The position numbers and the translations under genes were made by a program. A stretch of 64,000 bases of DNA from Lepidodermella squamata. Taxonomy: Eukaryota > Animalia > Gastrotricha. Within the stretch, counting starts at the first letter, position 1, and every line of letters begins with the position of its first letter. The notes under the pieces are model-generated. The model was given only the letters and a program-made list of their open reading frames with translations. It was not told the DNA's origin and searched no databases. Positions 23,841 through 48,456 of this stretch are shown here, piece after piece. The DNA lies in assembly GCA_047495785.1 (NCBI GenBank), contig JBLDXI010000032.1:3472001-3536000 (forward strand), written 5' to 3'.

Positions 23841-24109
23841 TTTGATTAAATAAATTTTCGTATTTTTTTTATGTCAAAGCGTTAAAAAATAATGGAACGC
23901 GTTTTTTAAATAAAAAAATATGTTAACAGATGAACAATGGCGGAGTTGTAGCCATTATTCAACTTGTTAGGCATGCAAGTACCCATGAGCTCGATGAAAA
24001 GAAGCACTATGTAAACTATATAAGTTTTTTATTTGACTATGTTACACTATGAATTTTAACTATACATACCCCTATGTATGTTTACCACTGGGTAAGGCCT
24101 TAAACTGCG

Positions 24110-26580
24110 ATGAAGATGGTTCAACCTGCTAGCGAACTTGCAATGCAGTTGAAACAATTCTTCGCTCATCTATTCGCGAGGGTGCAGAGTTCTCGCTCAA
24201 CGAAAACATTGATTGTCTTTCTACTAACTGCTCAATTTCTGATTCCCTTCGCCTACTTCGGCGCTCGGGGAATAGCGGCCTCATTCGGTGTAGCCTTGAT
24301 TAATAGTCGAATTGGTTCCTCGCCTCCTGCTCCTATCTGTGCTGTATATGAATGGCTCGAACCGCTGTCTAACAATAAAAGCCTGAATACCTCAAAGCCA
24401 TCCGTCAAACTTTCTGTAATTTTGGTCACCAAGTTGGAAGAAACCCATCGGGCCGGCCAATTAATGACCGAAATTTGCGGAAATTTCGTTAGCTCAAGCC
24501 GGCAATCACTGGATGTCAAGTTTGTTATCATTTCGAGCAGGCCTAAAACTGGGCTGAAATTCAAAGCAAACTGCGGCGAAATCGCCCATTTCGACACGGG
24601 AAATTTTACAGACAGTGACTTCGAGATAGATAGATGCTCAATCTATTTGAATTTCTGGAAACAGGCCAACTTGAGTGACTCCGATATCGTCATAGCTATT
24701 GGCTCTTCAATTACAATACCGACGCAATTAAACGCGGATCGCCTGTTAGCTGAAAAGCTGGTCATTACGGCCAGGCCGTCAAGTATTGAAAAACGCGGCC
24801 GGTGGTCGAAAAATTCATTCATCTACCTGCAAGACTTGATTATGGGAAGGCCGGATGAAATCAGGCTGCTATGTGAAAGTGTGTCCAAATCGCCGAATTT
24901 TACGCTGAAATATCATCGCCATGTATCGAAAAATCCAATCACTGCCTCGAGGAAAATCATGCTCAACTACAACGGTTCAGATTTCAATCGGCCGGGTATG
25001 GTCGACAACTTTGTCTACACGAAAAAAATCGTGTTTTCGCCAACTAATGAAGAAACTTCGAATCAGCTAAGACTAGCCGAAATTTCTTTGGAATCCGAAG
25101 AAGCGACAAAGCGGCAAAGAAAATCCGACGCAGTTGTTAAAGAAATTATCCAAAATTACTTTAATGCTGCTCAACAAAATAGAGATATGGTATTATTTTC
25201 CTTCGAGTTTTGTTTTCATTAAAAATCACTTCAATTATTCAGCAATCCAAGTTCGTTTCCGCAACGTGCAATCCGAAATTGAAACCTGGTCAATGCCCTG
25301 ACGAAAAGTGGATCGGTTACCTGCAAAGTTGGATCGTCAACGTTCCCAATGTGAAAAATTTTTGCATATATAACAGGCCGTTTCAATGTCATGGGCTAGG
25401 TAAGAATCGAATTTATCAAGGAGACAGGAATTTTAGTTATCTTTTACGTAGGGGACAGACTTCGGGGAACTCTGGCAGCTTTCTTCCTGGCGATTGCAAC
25501 TAACCGAACTTGTATTATCGATTGGAAACCACCCGGGAACTTGTCTCAATACTTTCAAATCAACGAGAACTGGTTCAATCGAACGCAAAGTGAATTCAGC
25601 GAATCGTTTGAGAAAGCTTCGGAGGCAACGAGAGGATACCTCTTTAACAGCGAAATTCCTGACGAATGGATTCATGAAGCTTTAAGTGACGAATCTTTTT
25701 ATGACACAAACATTAACAACACGAATCTTGAGGTGATGGGAAATCGCTTTTCTGGGCTTCAAGGTGTTCTGAGAAACAAAGGATTCACTCCAACGCTGAG
25801 ATTGATCATACCATCGGCGTTTGAGGCGAATTCAAACGAAATACATGACATGCTACCGGTGATGTCAGCTGCTTTACGCATCATATTCGCGAATCCACAG
25901 CCAAAACTGCAACAACTCATCGATGGCATCATCCACGATAAGGTGGACAAGAGTTATTGGGAAAATTCTACCAAGATAGGATTGCAAATACGAACCGAAC
26001 GTAAGTTTATCTATAGAAGCCCTAATTCAAATTTACATTTTTTTATCTTTCAGAAATCGAACATCCCCCAGGTTTCTTTCCTCGCGTTCAGCCTGACCAT
26101 CTGAAGTGTTTTGCTGATGAGATCATGCGAATTGTGAACACGAAGATTCGCCTACAACCTTTTACGAAACCAAAGCAGCATATCACGATATTTTTGACGT
26201 CAGATTGGGCTGAGGCAAATAAAGTCTTGGTAGAAACTTTCAGCCGCATCCCAGAGGCTAGATTTTTCTGGACTGATGGTGTTAAAAACTTGGCAACAAC
26301 TCATATCGAGATAACTCAACTCACTGGTTCGCCAGAGGAGCTTTGGTGGAAAGGAGCGAAAGGATTTGTGGATTGGTACCTTCTAACTAAGATGGACTAT
26401 CTTATTATCAGTAGGAGTGGATTTGGGGAGAGCGCGGCGTTGCAGTCATTGAAGCCAACCCGGCGATTTCGGCACGGCTTGAACACTGGAGTTGAGCACA
26501 ACTGCTACTTCGAAGACTATTACGAAGAATTGAGTGACCTGCTGCAGTCAAACACACTCGACATTTACGACGCGCTGTAG
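24110..26580 (+). CDS. Glycosyltransferase B: GT6-like plus fucosyltransferase-like fusion
   Basis: Exons 24110-25189, 25243-25399, 25452-26000, 26054-26580; CHGLGDRLRG, IGLQIRTE, FLTSDW, DWYLLTKMDYLIISRSGFGESAA. Confidence 0.85.
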
Positions 26581-26735
26581 AAGCGGAAGATATTACGCTT
26601 TTACACATCAGTACTGCTTCCTTTGTTAAGTTTTGATGTTACTCGCGAGGCCAGTATAAAAAATAACGTGACTAAAATGATGTGTGTGGTTTTTCACTTT
26701 AACAATGTTACAGCCACTGGCTATGCTTAATACTC

Positions 26736-29151
26736 ATGAATTTAAGAGCTTTGATTTTAGAGAGATGCTTCCGTTGTTGTAATCGGCAATTGTTCCTAGC
26801 CCTTCTGATCAGCCAATTGCTTGTGCTAGGGACAATTTTCATCTTTTCCTACGAATTCTTACTGGTTAAAAGTTTGGTGTCAAAACCTAATAGCAATAAT
26901 ACTCGAGTCGACGTTTGTTCCGGAGATGTGTTGGCTTATCGGCCTAGAGGTTCAGCGCTGAATCGGACTGCAAAATTAGCTGTCTTACTGATCAACAGAG
27001 ATGCAGATACAACGGAATTCATACGCTCGAGCTGCAAGGCTTTCCGAAGCAATCAATTTTCGAGAATCGAACCAACATTTTTCGTCTTTGCAAGCAGAGA
27101 ACAGCGGCTTTTTCTTAAGAATGAATGCGGAACACTGGTTTCAATTACCGACAGGCTGATCAACGAATCTGATATCGACATTGACCGATGTGAGGTCTAT
27201 TCTCGGCATCAATCAAAATATGACTTCTACGACCATTCCAAATTCTTAGCCACGTTTTCAATAGATCCAACTAGTGTCAACGTCGGCGAAATAGATGTTG
27301 ACAGTATTTTGCTGCTAAACGGTGCGAGTTTGGCTCATCCATCATTGATTGGTAAAACGTCGCGATGGTCCAAAAGCAGCAAAGTTCACAACAGTAAGGG
27401 ATTTTTCGGCCGTCCTAATGAAGTCAAAAAGATTTGTGACAAAGTCACAAAATTCACAAAACCATCAAAGCTGGGATTCCAGCTGAGATTCCACCAATAT
27501 CTCACAAAGAATCCAATAGCTAGAAAAATTTTAGTCAACTATACGAGGCTACAATGTGAATATTTCGGAAGCAATGGCGGCTTTTACGTCACGCGGCAAA
27601 TAAATCTCACTTTAACTGAAGCTGAATACGAACTGTGGAGATATCAGGAATTGCTGAATGAGGAAGATTTCTTGGGAAAACGGGAGGAAAAGGTCAACGA
27701 CATAATACGGGACTTCAACATCAGATACCGACCAAGCATTACGAGGGATGTTTTGCAAAAGGTAACGTCTTATTTCTGGTGAAAATTCCCTTTTGAGTGT
27801 CATTGAATTTAGCGTGCAAAGTTTGTTACTTCGACTTGTCGCTTCTCAAAAACAGAGTGCTATGACGATAGATGGATCAAAAATTCTGCTGGTTTCATTG
27901 ATGCACCGCCCAGTTTAGACGGAAAGTCGTTGAAGATGAGGAATCCTCTTGGGTTTTGCAAGCACGTTGGAACACAGTGCAATGGCTTAGGTTTGAAATA
28001 AGGATTTGCCTTTCACATTCTATTGTAGCTTTATTTCCAGGAGACCGTTTGCGAGCAACGGTAGCAGCGTTTTATCTAGCAATCGGGCTTCAACGTGCCT
28101 TGCACATTGACTGGATCCGTCCAGGCAATGTAGCGGAATTTTTCGATGTCAACTCGAATTTGTACAAATCAGACAATCGCACTTATTCCGAATTAATTGA
28201 CAAAGCGACGTTGTCTTCAAAAGGAATGTTATTCGACGGATGCCTATCAGACACGAAAATTTTCGAGCATTTCTCGAATCCCCAGCTCAACGGAGAAACT
28301 TCACAATTTTCTAATATCGATGTCATGGGTAATAGATTCTCAGCCCTGGAGGGTGTTCTCAAGAACAAAGGTCTTAAGATGACTCTGAAAACCTACGTGC
28401 CATCAATTTTCAACGAAGGCAGCAATCCAAGCGATCTATTGCCTCCGATCTCAGCCGTGCTTCGAATTATATTTGAACACCCTAATCAAAGGCTCATGAA
28501 GCTATTTGAACGCGTGATTAGCGAGTCGATCGGCTGGGATTACTGGCAAAGCTCGATAAAAATCGCAATTCAGATTCGGACCGAATGTAAGAAAATAACT
28601 TTTGAAATAACCATAAAATAATTTAGGTATCCGATATTTTAGACGTTGATAATATGAAAAGTCGAGTGCTGCCGCAGCATTTCTCATGTTTCGCGGCGGA
28701 GCTCGAGAAATTGATCCGGTTCAAAATTCGAAATCCACTCATGCGAAGAGGAAACCTGCCGGTATCAGTGTTTTTCACCTCGGATTGGAACAACAGCTAT
28801 CCCATGTTTTCCGAGTCGGTCAAAGCATTCAGCTTCGATAGTATCAAATTTTTCACTACTGATAACAAGTTCAATTTGTCATTCGGACACATTGAGAAGA
28901 CCGTGTTTCACGGAACCGAAGAAGACCAGTGGCGTGGTAGCGCTAAAGGCTTCCTAGACTGGTATATTATGACGAAAGCTGACCATTTGATAATCAGTCG
29001 AAGTGGGTACGGCGAAAGTGCTGCATTGCTATCCCTAAAACCCGTTCGAAGATTTCGTCATGACCTCAGTAACTGTTTTTTCGATGATTATCACGAAGCG
29101 CTGCCAACGCTCCAATCAAACTCTGAAGTTCCGATTTACGACGTGCTTTGA
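26736..29151 (+). CDS. Glycosyltransferase C: GT6-like plus fucosyltransferase-like fusion
   Basis: Exons 26736-27761, 27813-27990, 28041-28586, 28643-29151; LAHPS, GFFGRPNEV, CNGLGDRLRA, IAIQIRTE, DWYIMTKADHLIISRSGYG; AATAAA directly after the stop. Confidence 0.85.
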
Positions 29152-29911
29152 ATAAAAAAATCCCGAGTTCGATATCAATTCCGAGTTCTTTATTTGCCAA
29201 ATACATTTCACATTTGATCAGCCAGTCATGCAACAATAATCATCAAATTAACTTTAATCATCGATGATGTATAATTTTTCTCGCATTATTATGATCAGTT
29301 CATATAATACAGCAACAATTATTATTATTATTACTTTCGTCGGAATTAGAATATAATAGTATTTTAATGAAAAGCACAATTTGCATGGTTGATCTTTAAA
29401 AACAGTATTATTTACAGGATAAAATCATCCACCTGAAAACGCGATTTTTTCGACCGATAAAAACATTGCTGAATATAGAATATTACGCGCGATTTGAATA
29501 GGATCCGAACAACGAGTCCTCAACAAGAACAAGATTTTGAAATGTCCCTTTGGCATGCCGTAAAAACATTAAAAATGAGACGATGCGTTGCCTACTTGAA
29601 AAGACGATTTTCAACATATTTCCATATTTCCAAATATGTAACGCCGAATATAAATTTTGAATTTCCGCGAAACTCACAAAATTAAAGGGTATTTTTGGAT
29701 AATTATGAGCCATCATCATGACAAGACTTATCGAGAAAACGAGAAGTAAAAAGAGTTCAGGTATATTTTTCAGGGCAGCTTTTCCTCTTTCAGAAAAAAA
29801 AGTGCGGAAATTGACCAGCAGACGGCCAGAAGAACGGAAATAACGAGAATTAAAAAGAGCAGATATTTGGAGAGTAAATCCCAACACCGAAATTGACAAC
29901 GGCATAAATTA

Positions 29912-32900
29912 TTACAGCGGGTCCAACGACGGCACCCACTGTTGCTTCTGCTGTTCCAGCTCGATGAGAGCAGCCACCTGAGCACTAATCGCTTCAATGC
30001 TATTCTCACGCTTCGAGTCGACCGAGAAAATCGCGGAAATGATATGGCGATACTCGTTTTCGATCTGGACGAACTGCTCAAAGGCATCTGAAGCAGACGA
30101 ACGGTTCAATTTTCGCGGCATCAACAGATCGTCAACGCCCTTGATGCGTTTCAGCTGGTTGGCCGACGTGTGCCGGACGTAGATAACGATCGGGAAAACG
30201 CGTCGAGCTAACAGCCGCTCGACAGTCGCCGGGCCGACGTCCATCAGACAATGCCGGCCTTGTTTCGCCGCGTTTGACAGCTGGTTCAGCGAGAAGGTCT
30301 CGCGATGGCCGCTGTTACTAGGACCAGCAACTTCGATGGTATCACCGTTTTCATTCTGAAGAGAGCGCGAGATGTCAGAGGCCACGAAATAACTCAAACT
30401 GCTTGTCTGATACGACGGCGAGTAGGAATTATTGCCGTTTGCGCGGGAAATGTCTAGGAAAGAAATTTGAAATTAAAAAAATCCACCTTAAACAATTTTT
30501 CTTACCAATGTGAAGGGCTTCGAATTTGTTCGGGCAACAAGAAACAATACGAGTGATTATTGCATCAGCGATAGGTGAAAGAATCACGACAGGCCTCAGG
30601 ATGGCACGATCGAGCGGTTCGACGCGCTGGTAGACGACTTCCGGCGACCAGGAACAGGTCGAGGCCATCATCGAAGCCGGGTGAGAGCTTTGGTGATCAC
30701 CACTGTGATGGTCACCCGAATGGTTTGTAGTAGCAGCAGCAGCAGGTCGAGGTAATTTACTCAAGATTGCACTGGAAGAGAGCCGAGCCCGGCGAATGAA
30801 GTTGGACAACCGTCTCGTAGACGAGCGCGGCGTCTGGGAAACAGCGGAATTATTAGCGCCAAGGTTGTTGAGCGAATTAGTGGAGCGACGAAGTAGTAGC
30901 GATGGCTCATCTTCGAAGCGAAGTTTGGATGGGATCAAACCACGGCGAACAGGTTGGCCGGTCGGGTCGAGAACCCAGGCAGACCAAAATCCGGCTACAG
31001 ACCGGTGACCCCGGTCTGGCATGGTGTTGTCGACGTAGAGGACCGAATCTTTTTGCAAGGGCAGATAAAACGGCGCGTCAGACGCATCTGGCGAGATGAT
31101 CACCCCGGCCGCTTGCCAATCAACGAGGCAACGCACGTAAAATCCGTCACCCGAGCCGTTGCTGCTACGGGTCCGTTTTAAGGTGGCTTCGTATTTGGCC
31201 GGGTTAGACTGGGCGAGAATCACGAGTTCTTCACCCGGCCGGCCGAGTTCGACGTACGCGTTTTCTAGCGTCGCGCCTCGAAGACTCACGCCATTTATCT
31301 CGAGAATTTGATCGCCGACTTCGAGCGATTTCGTCCCAATCAAATGGCTATCGGCAGCTAGAGACCCGACGAAAATGCCCGAAACATTGCCGCCTATCAA
31401 CTCAATCTCGGAATGATCAGTCGGAGTGGCGGATGATGCTGAATCAGGCCGGCTGATGTAGACATAGCGAGGCGTTTTCGCCGTTTGCGTGAGGGACTTC
31501 GACGACATTGAGTTGCTGCGACTCGGCTTCCGCGAAACATGAGGCGAAAAATTGAACGGGGATGCCGATTTCGAGGCGCCCCTCGCGACTGTCAGCGCGA
31601 TCTGCGGACCGCTCTGAGCTAAAACATGCAGAGACGTTTGGCGTGTTTCACCTCGAACACTGACGCCAGAAATTTCGACAAGTCGATCGCCGGCTTCAAT
31701 GCCGGCCAAATGAGCAGGCGAACCCGGTTCGACCGCTGTGACTAGGGGTCCGAGGGACATTGAGTCCAGTTTCGTCTCGCACGTTTCCACCTTAAAACCA
31801 ATGCAGTGTTCGACAAATAAGGCCTGATCACACTGATCGCCGAGTAGCGGTAACGACTCACAGAAAATTGACGTGTTTCTTATAACAACGTCATCAATGC
31901 CGCCTGCGAGATGGGGCCGCCTTAAACTTCGAGGAGTTGCTGGCGGGAATGAGCAACTCGGTACAAGCTGAGAGGTTGAATTCGAGGAACTCGGCGGCCA
32001 CTCGACGGGTAGTGGCAAAGACGGTCGTTGTTGAGCGGTTTGCTGCTGCTCGCGTAACACCCCGAGATACCGGCCATTATTGTTGTTATTCGCCTCATCC
32101 GAGTCGCTGGTACTTGTAACCATATTGCTGCTATCCCTGAGCAAAACCTGGGCGTTTAGGTCAGCATCGGAATCGATAGCGGAATCACGGCTGCGATTAT
32201 TGCGGTTACCGGCGTTGTTCATCGACGAAGATGTCGATGAGCTGGATGTAACCGTTCGCTGGACTGCTACAACCCGGTTCGGGGCTGGTTTTGCCTGCGG
32301 AGCCGAGATGGCAACTTCCTCGAGCTGCCCGGTCAAATCAGCTACCCGCTGGTTAGCATCGTCCCTCTCTCGCATTAGCTGTTCGGTTAGAGCTCGAAGC
32401 CGATCGCGTTCTTCGGCCATTCGCTCTCGTTCGCAAATCGCCCACTCACAGCGCAACCGGCTAGATTCGAGTTCGTCGCATTTTTCCGTTAGAATTTGTT
32501 CAAGGGTAAGAATTTTGCCCTCCATGTCACTGCCGCCATGTTGCGCCTTTTCAACATTTCGATTAGCAAGATCGAGAGCAGCCTTCAGAGAATCGTTCTC
32601 TCCTTCAAGGTTCTTAACCTTTTTCTCAGCAGCTGTTAGCCGGTCTTGCAGATCTTCAAGCTCCCTTAAAACAGTATCACGCTCCGACATAACTAGAGCA
32701 TATTCGTGCTCTTTCGCTGCAAGTCGTTCGACAACACCCTGCATCTCTTGATGCGCCTTCATACGCACCATTTGAACTTCGTTTTTCAACCGCTCCACCT
32801 CAACGTATGAATCATTTCGATTTCGAATTGCCCAGGAACAGTGATGCGATAGAGAAGTCAACTCGGTCTGGAGCCGATTCCGCTCGGTTTCCAGTTCCGA

Positions 32901-34370
32901 GAGGCGAGCTTTTAGGGTGGCTGATTGATGATTAGGATCTTGGCTGTTATTTGCCGATGAAATTCCGCCGGGTTCACTCGTGCATGGCGAGTCGATGACT
33001 GGAGCGCGGCTCTGTTGCAACGCGTGTTGCAGCTCAGGCCCCGATACCGAGTTTGGTAGGTTCATGTAGTTGCTGTAAGCGCCTCGGTTAGCCGCAGCGG
33101 CCCGCTGAGCCTGTCGCGGCGCTCCGGCTGAGATTCGCAGCGGCGTGTTGCGTTGAAACGGTTGGTCAGCATCGGCAGTTCGGAAAGACTGGTTTCGAGA
33201 CAGATTAACCGGCGACGCTGTGTTCTCGTGCTGCGCTTCGAAGGGCAGTGGCGGCAATAGCCGGCGCTGCGTCATCGCTGAGATGGCGCCGCCGCTGATC
33301 GACCGGCCTATCATCGCCGCTTCGTCGTCGCTCGGCGGCTGCTGGTGGCTGGTGTAGGGTGATGACTGAAAATCACGCGGTGAAGACATCGACATGACCA
33401 TTCGCGACGCAATAGGTTGATTCCCTCCAGTATTATATGACGACGTTGCCATCCTGTTTTGTTCGGTTAGATCAAGTGCAAATCCAGCCGGGCAACTCAA
33501 CTCTGCATTAAAAGGAAGGTAAAAAAATATAACCGTGAAATGATTGATGTGGGAATCTACAACAAGTACCTAAATGACAGCACAATAATAGCGGCGAGAG
33601 TATAAAAAAATGAAAACATCCAGCTTAATATATTCACAAGTAAATGATGATTCGAGGGTAAACGCGCGTAAAATCGCGATTTTTTTAAGGCGGGCTTGTT
33701 GGCATGCAGTACAATTTCCGAGATCACCGTTAATATAATAATGTGGGAGCGGTGATTTAGCGTAAACAACATCGAAACCGGAATAAACATCGCGCGCGTG
33801 CCAAAATAATCGCCTGATGATAGAATCGCCGCAGATCATGCGCCTTAACGATATTATTTATGTGCGAGCGGTCTAAAGGAGTGCTGCAGAGATGATTGTG
33901 TTCGACAAGGCGAGGAAGTGTTTGTTGGTTATACACAGTTCAGTTGTAGTAAAAAACAACAAACGACGCTTTCGAAACGTTAAACAACGAGATTAACCTC
34001 GGTAGCAGTAATAGCACTGCTGGCTCGATTGTTGCGGTAGGTGGTGTTGGTTTTGGTGGTGGTAGATGGAAGTGTAGGCAGCAGCACTACTATTAGCATT
34101 ACAACTACCACTAGTGCTGTAGGATGAGCAATAGTAGGCCGATGAAGACTGAACAAGAGCGGCGGTGAGCGCGGCGGTACTGCTCTCGATTAGCTGGCTT
34201 CCGCTGCCGCCTAACTGCTGCGACGTTGCAGCCTGAAACTGAAGCAATTGAGGCGGTAATTGCGGTTGGTTGCAGCTCGACGGATAATGAAGATAAGAAG
34301 AGGACGGTGACGCCGCCGGATCTGTTGCCACGGCGCACTGGTAGCACTGTGGCTCCGACATCATCATCAT
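29912..34370 (-). CDS. DLG5: Discs large 5 MAGUK (coiled coil, two PDZ, SH3, GK)
   Basis: Exons 34370-33998 (inferred first exon), 33502-30506 and 30453-29912. Coiled coil YALVMSERDTVLRELEDLQD, RDSAIDSD, PDZ GGNVSGIFV, SH3 GDGFYVR..LYVDNT, GK RHCLMDVGP, C-terminus WVPSLDPL. Alternative start at ATG 33452. Confidence 0.88.
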
Positions 34371-34799
34371 CGTTGTAGTTACTACTATTCTTATATAGCG
34401 GCTATTCAACGATCACCGGACGATAAACACAGCACTTTTTCCGCCTCGCAATGCTCGCTCGGCGCAAGAAAACGTTAGGTTTATAAGCCGAAACACAAAG
34501 AGGGTAACTTCTTTTCTCTATTAAGAAGCAGCGTCCTCCTACAGAACAGATAATATACAAAACTGCACGTGTCGTAATAATCCGTCGGTCCCGTTCGAGA
34601 GATAGCGCGCGCTTCTTTTTTCACCTGTTGCTTTCCATTAGAGCTGTCTGAGTAGATCCCTCAAGAGATGGTATGTATATAGCAAAAACAAACACAATTT
34701 GTTCGCTAATAATGAATTGGTACTAACTTATTATGCGAGAACAATTATAGCAGCTACACTTATAGCAAAAATAATAATAATAATGGCTATAACTAACAG

Positions 34800-37401
34800 A
34801 TTAAGGTGGCTGTTTTGAACGTTTTGCAGTAGTAAATGCGCGAATGATAGCGCATAGATGATTATGATTATGCGAGACAGGCCCATCCCTACCTACTACT
34901 ACTACTGCTAGTACTATACAGGCGCAAAACGTGCGAGTTCGACCGCTAAACATGACAAGATTAATAATTCACAAACCGCGGGCACTGGTGATATATTAGA
35001 CCTGATGCAAAATCTATTCTATCGCCTACTTTTTTGCTTTTGCACCTCTCGCCGCGAGTCCTTACTAACACTAATATTATGAGAGTGACGAATGCTGTGG
35101 CTATTGCAAAAACATAGGGAGGAGTGATAATACTAATAGCAGCAACATCATCACGTGTGTGAAAGTGCGAAAATAAGTCTGTTGATGATCACGATTGTGG
35201 AGTAGGTGGCTCTCGACGTAGTGGACAACGCCGCATAGTTCGTCACCATCCGCCCTCATCGTTGTCGAACAGACGAGAGAAGTTGTAGAATAATACAAAG
35301 CATATAGACACACCTCGTCGTAAGGATAATTCCTCGCAGTGCAACTTACTACGCCTTAAATAGCCGCGAGGCATATATAGCAGCTAGATGTCTATCTGCG
35401 ATGAGTCGAGAAATCAATATCTATATCAGTCGATCGACGGCGCTGGTAAGACGGCCATGCAGTCAGTAATGATAAATACGAACGCGCGTCTTCTGTAAAC
35501 ATCCACATCCAACGCGGAAGCCGCTGCTGCGCTTCACCGCCTTAATGAGTCAACTGCCTGTGTAGTAAGCAACGAATGAAATTTCGTCCTTCAGCCGATA
35601 GGCCCGGCACTCGAGACGCGCCGATGAGTAGCAGTAGTAGTGATATTCTACACGCGGCCAAATTGCTATGATGCGAAACGAAATGGAGAAAAGAGGCAAA
35701 TTTCAGGCAGGCCGTGATGAGCCAATATGGATGGCACGTTATACGTATCAATGCTACTGCCGCCGCCACCACGACGGCTGTATTACCAATATCGATCGAT
35801 CACTCTCCTCGACATGACAGTTTACAACTACGACTACTACTAGTCGCAGATGCGTGTGGGTGCTCATTAAAAGCAGCGCAGAAAATGGACTTCATATGAA
35901 TAAAACGAGGCGACGAAGACTTATTAACTTATAAAAGGGCGACACATACAACGCTGGCAGATCATGATCATGCACGGCGGCTACTTGATTACAGCGACTT
36001 GGAAACAACGCGGCACCTCGTCGTAAAAGAGGGTGGCCGCGCGCCTTCGAGAGCGCAAAAGTTGAATAGAGGAGACGCGCGCCGAATTTTTCCGCGGCTA
36101 AATAATAAATGCAATAATAACCGGCGCAAAATTGAAATTTTTTCCATGATATTAATTCATCATCAATATTACTATATTATTTTCATTTTTATTCAAACAA
36201 TGGATAAATAACTTGTATGACACATGCGGCGACAAACACATCATCGCAAATGAGGCGGTGCTTTCGCTATCGCAGAGTAAAAATAGTAACTTCAGCTGCT
36301 CGTCGTGTCTTTCCGAGCCGCCGAAATTGTGATAAAGTCATTTGCATGTAAACAACTTTTTTAATTTATATTATATTATTTGCCTCGATGCGCAGTAAAC
36401 AATATAATATATGGTAGGGCCATCACAATATGAGATGATAAAATAGTAATGTAAAAAAATTCAAACCTGCTGGGCCGGCTGATGAGAGTCGGAGTAGTCG
36501 TCAGTGAAGCCGTCCGGCGGAGGCGCCGTCGCGTAGTAAAACCCCAGAAAACTTTTATATAAAACAATCTATCAAAAAAATCAGAAATTGCATCTTAATT
36601 GTTTTTTTCTTCGACAATCAAATTTCCAGCCCAAAACTGATTTGGCATCTTATTATTTAACAAGAGTTTTACAACCGAGTTGCACTGATAACAGGCGAAA
36701 AAATTGACGGCAAGAGCTGTGTCTCACAAAAACTAGCATAAATTTTCTCCCGCTAATCACATTGATTTAGAACACAGCAGTGAAGAAAACTATTATCGAA
36801 TATAGCCGACGGGGTGATCATTTTTTGCTTGACATATACAACACTTTTAATCGAAAGAGCGAGCAGCAGTTAATGAAATATTTCCATCTTTCAAAACAAA
36901 AGAAAAAATCATAGCGGAAAATAGCGCAATCTAGTTGAGAAATTATACACACGGAAATGTTAAGTTCTTGGTTTTATATGTAGATTTACATATTATGGAT
37001 TGTTGTAGTTGACGTATTGCAAGCGCTCGGTTGGAAAATAAGACTAAGGAACTAGACGCGGTGTTGGACGACAGCGATCGAATTTCTATTTAGGATCTAG
37101 AGATGGCGATGGTAGTAGTAGGCTGGATGATGTTTTTGACGACGAAAACGACGGCGACGGCGGCAACGACGGTAAATGCGCGCCGCGCACACACACAATG
37201 CCAGAAAAACGGCCTTTTCTCATTCTGTGACGATGATGGTTCTCGGACAGCGCGTCAGTAGACTCACGGCTTTTCAAAAAGGCGTGTTTGTTGTCCACAT
37301 GCGGATCATTTCTATACAAACAAAAAACAAAGGCTTAAGTCAACATAATCGCTCAAAACAATAGATTGCAAACCGCAAAAAATAAAAACGGCCACCTTAA
37401 T
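34800..37401. mobile_element. Possible non-autonomous TTAA-flanked DNA transposon (Kolobok-like termini)
   Basis: ATTAAGGTGGCTGTTTT (34800-34816) and its inverted copy AAAACGGCCACCTTAAT (37385-37401) match at 16/17; no transposase ORF inside. Confidence 0.3.
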
Positions 37402-37599
37402 TACAAAAGACGCTCAAGAGCGCTGTAATTACTTGCGCAATTAATCAAGTGGTCATCAAACAGAGCGCAAGCCGCTATCTATCAGCGGAAAAAATGATGA
37501 AAAATTACCTGATTCGCGGCCGTATGGCACTTATGTTTATATCGTGTGTGGTCGCATTTGCTTCGGATTAAAATCGTTTTTAACGGCTTGTTTATCGTT

Positions 37600-48456
<10,857 letters not shown>

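Noticed and set aside
29483-30087. Hydrophobic minus-strand ORFs (140 and 105 aa)
   Set aside because: AT-rich DLG5 3' UTR/downstream DNA and an alternative frame of the last DLG5 exon.
32080-32751. 223-aa plus-strand ORF and the many other overlapping or antisense ORFs
   Set aside because: They are shadows of real CDSs on the other strand or frame, with no independent motifs.
35101-37364. Short ORFs between DLG5 and SMG1
   Set aside because: Low-complexity sequence with no recognisable motifs or convincing splice context.
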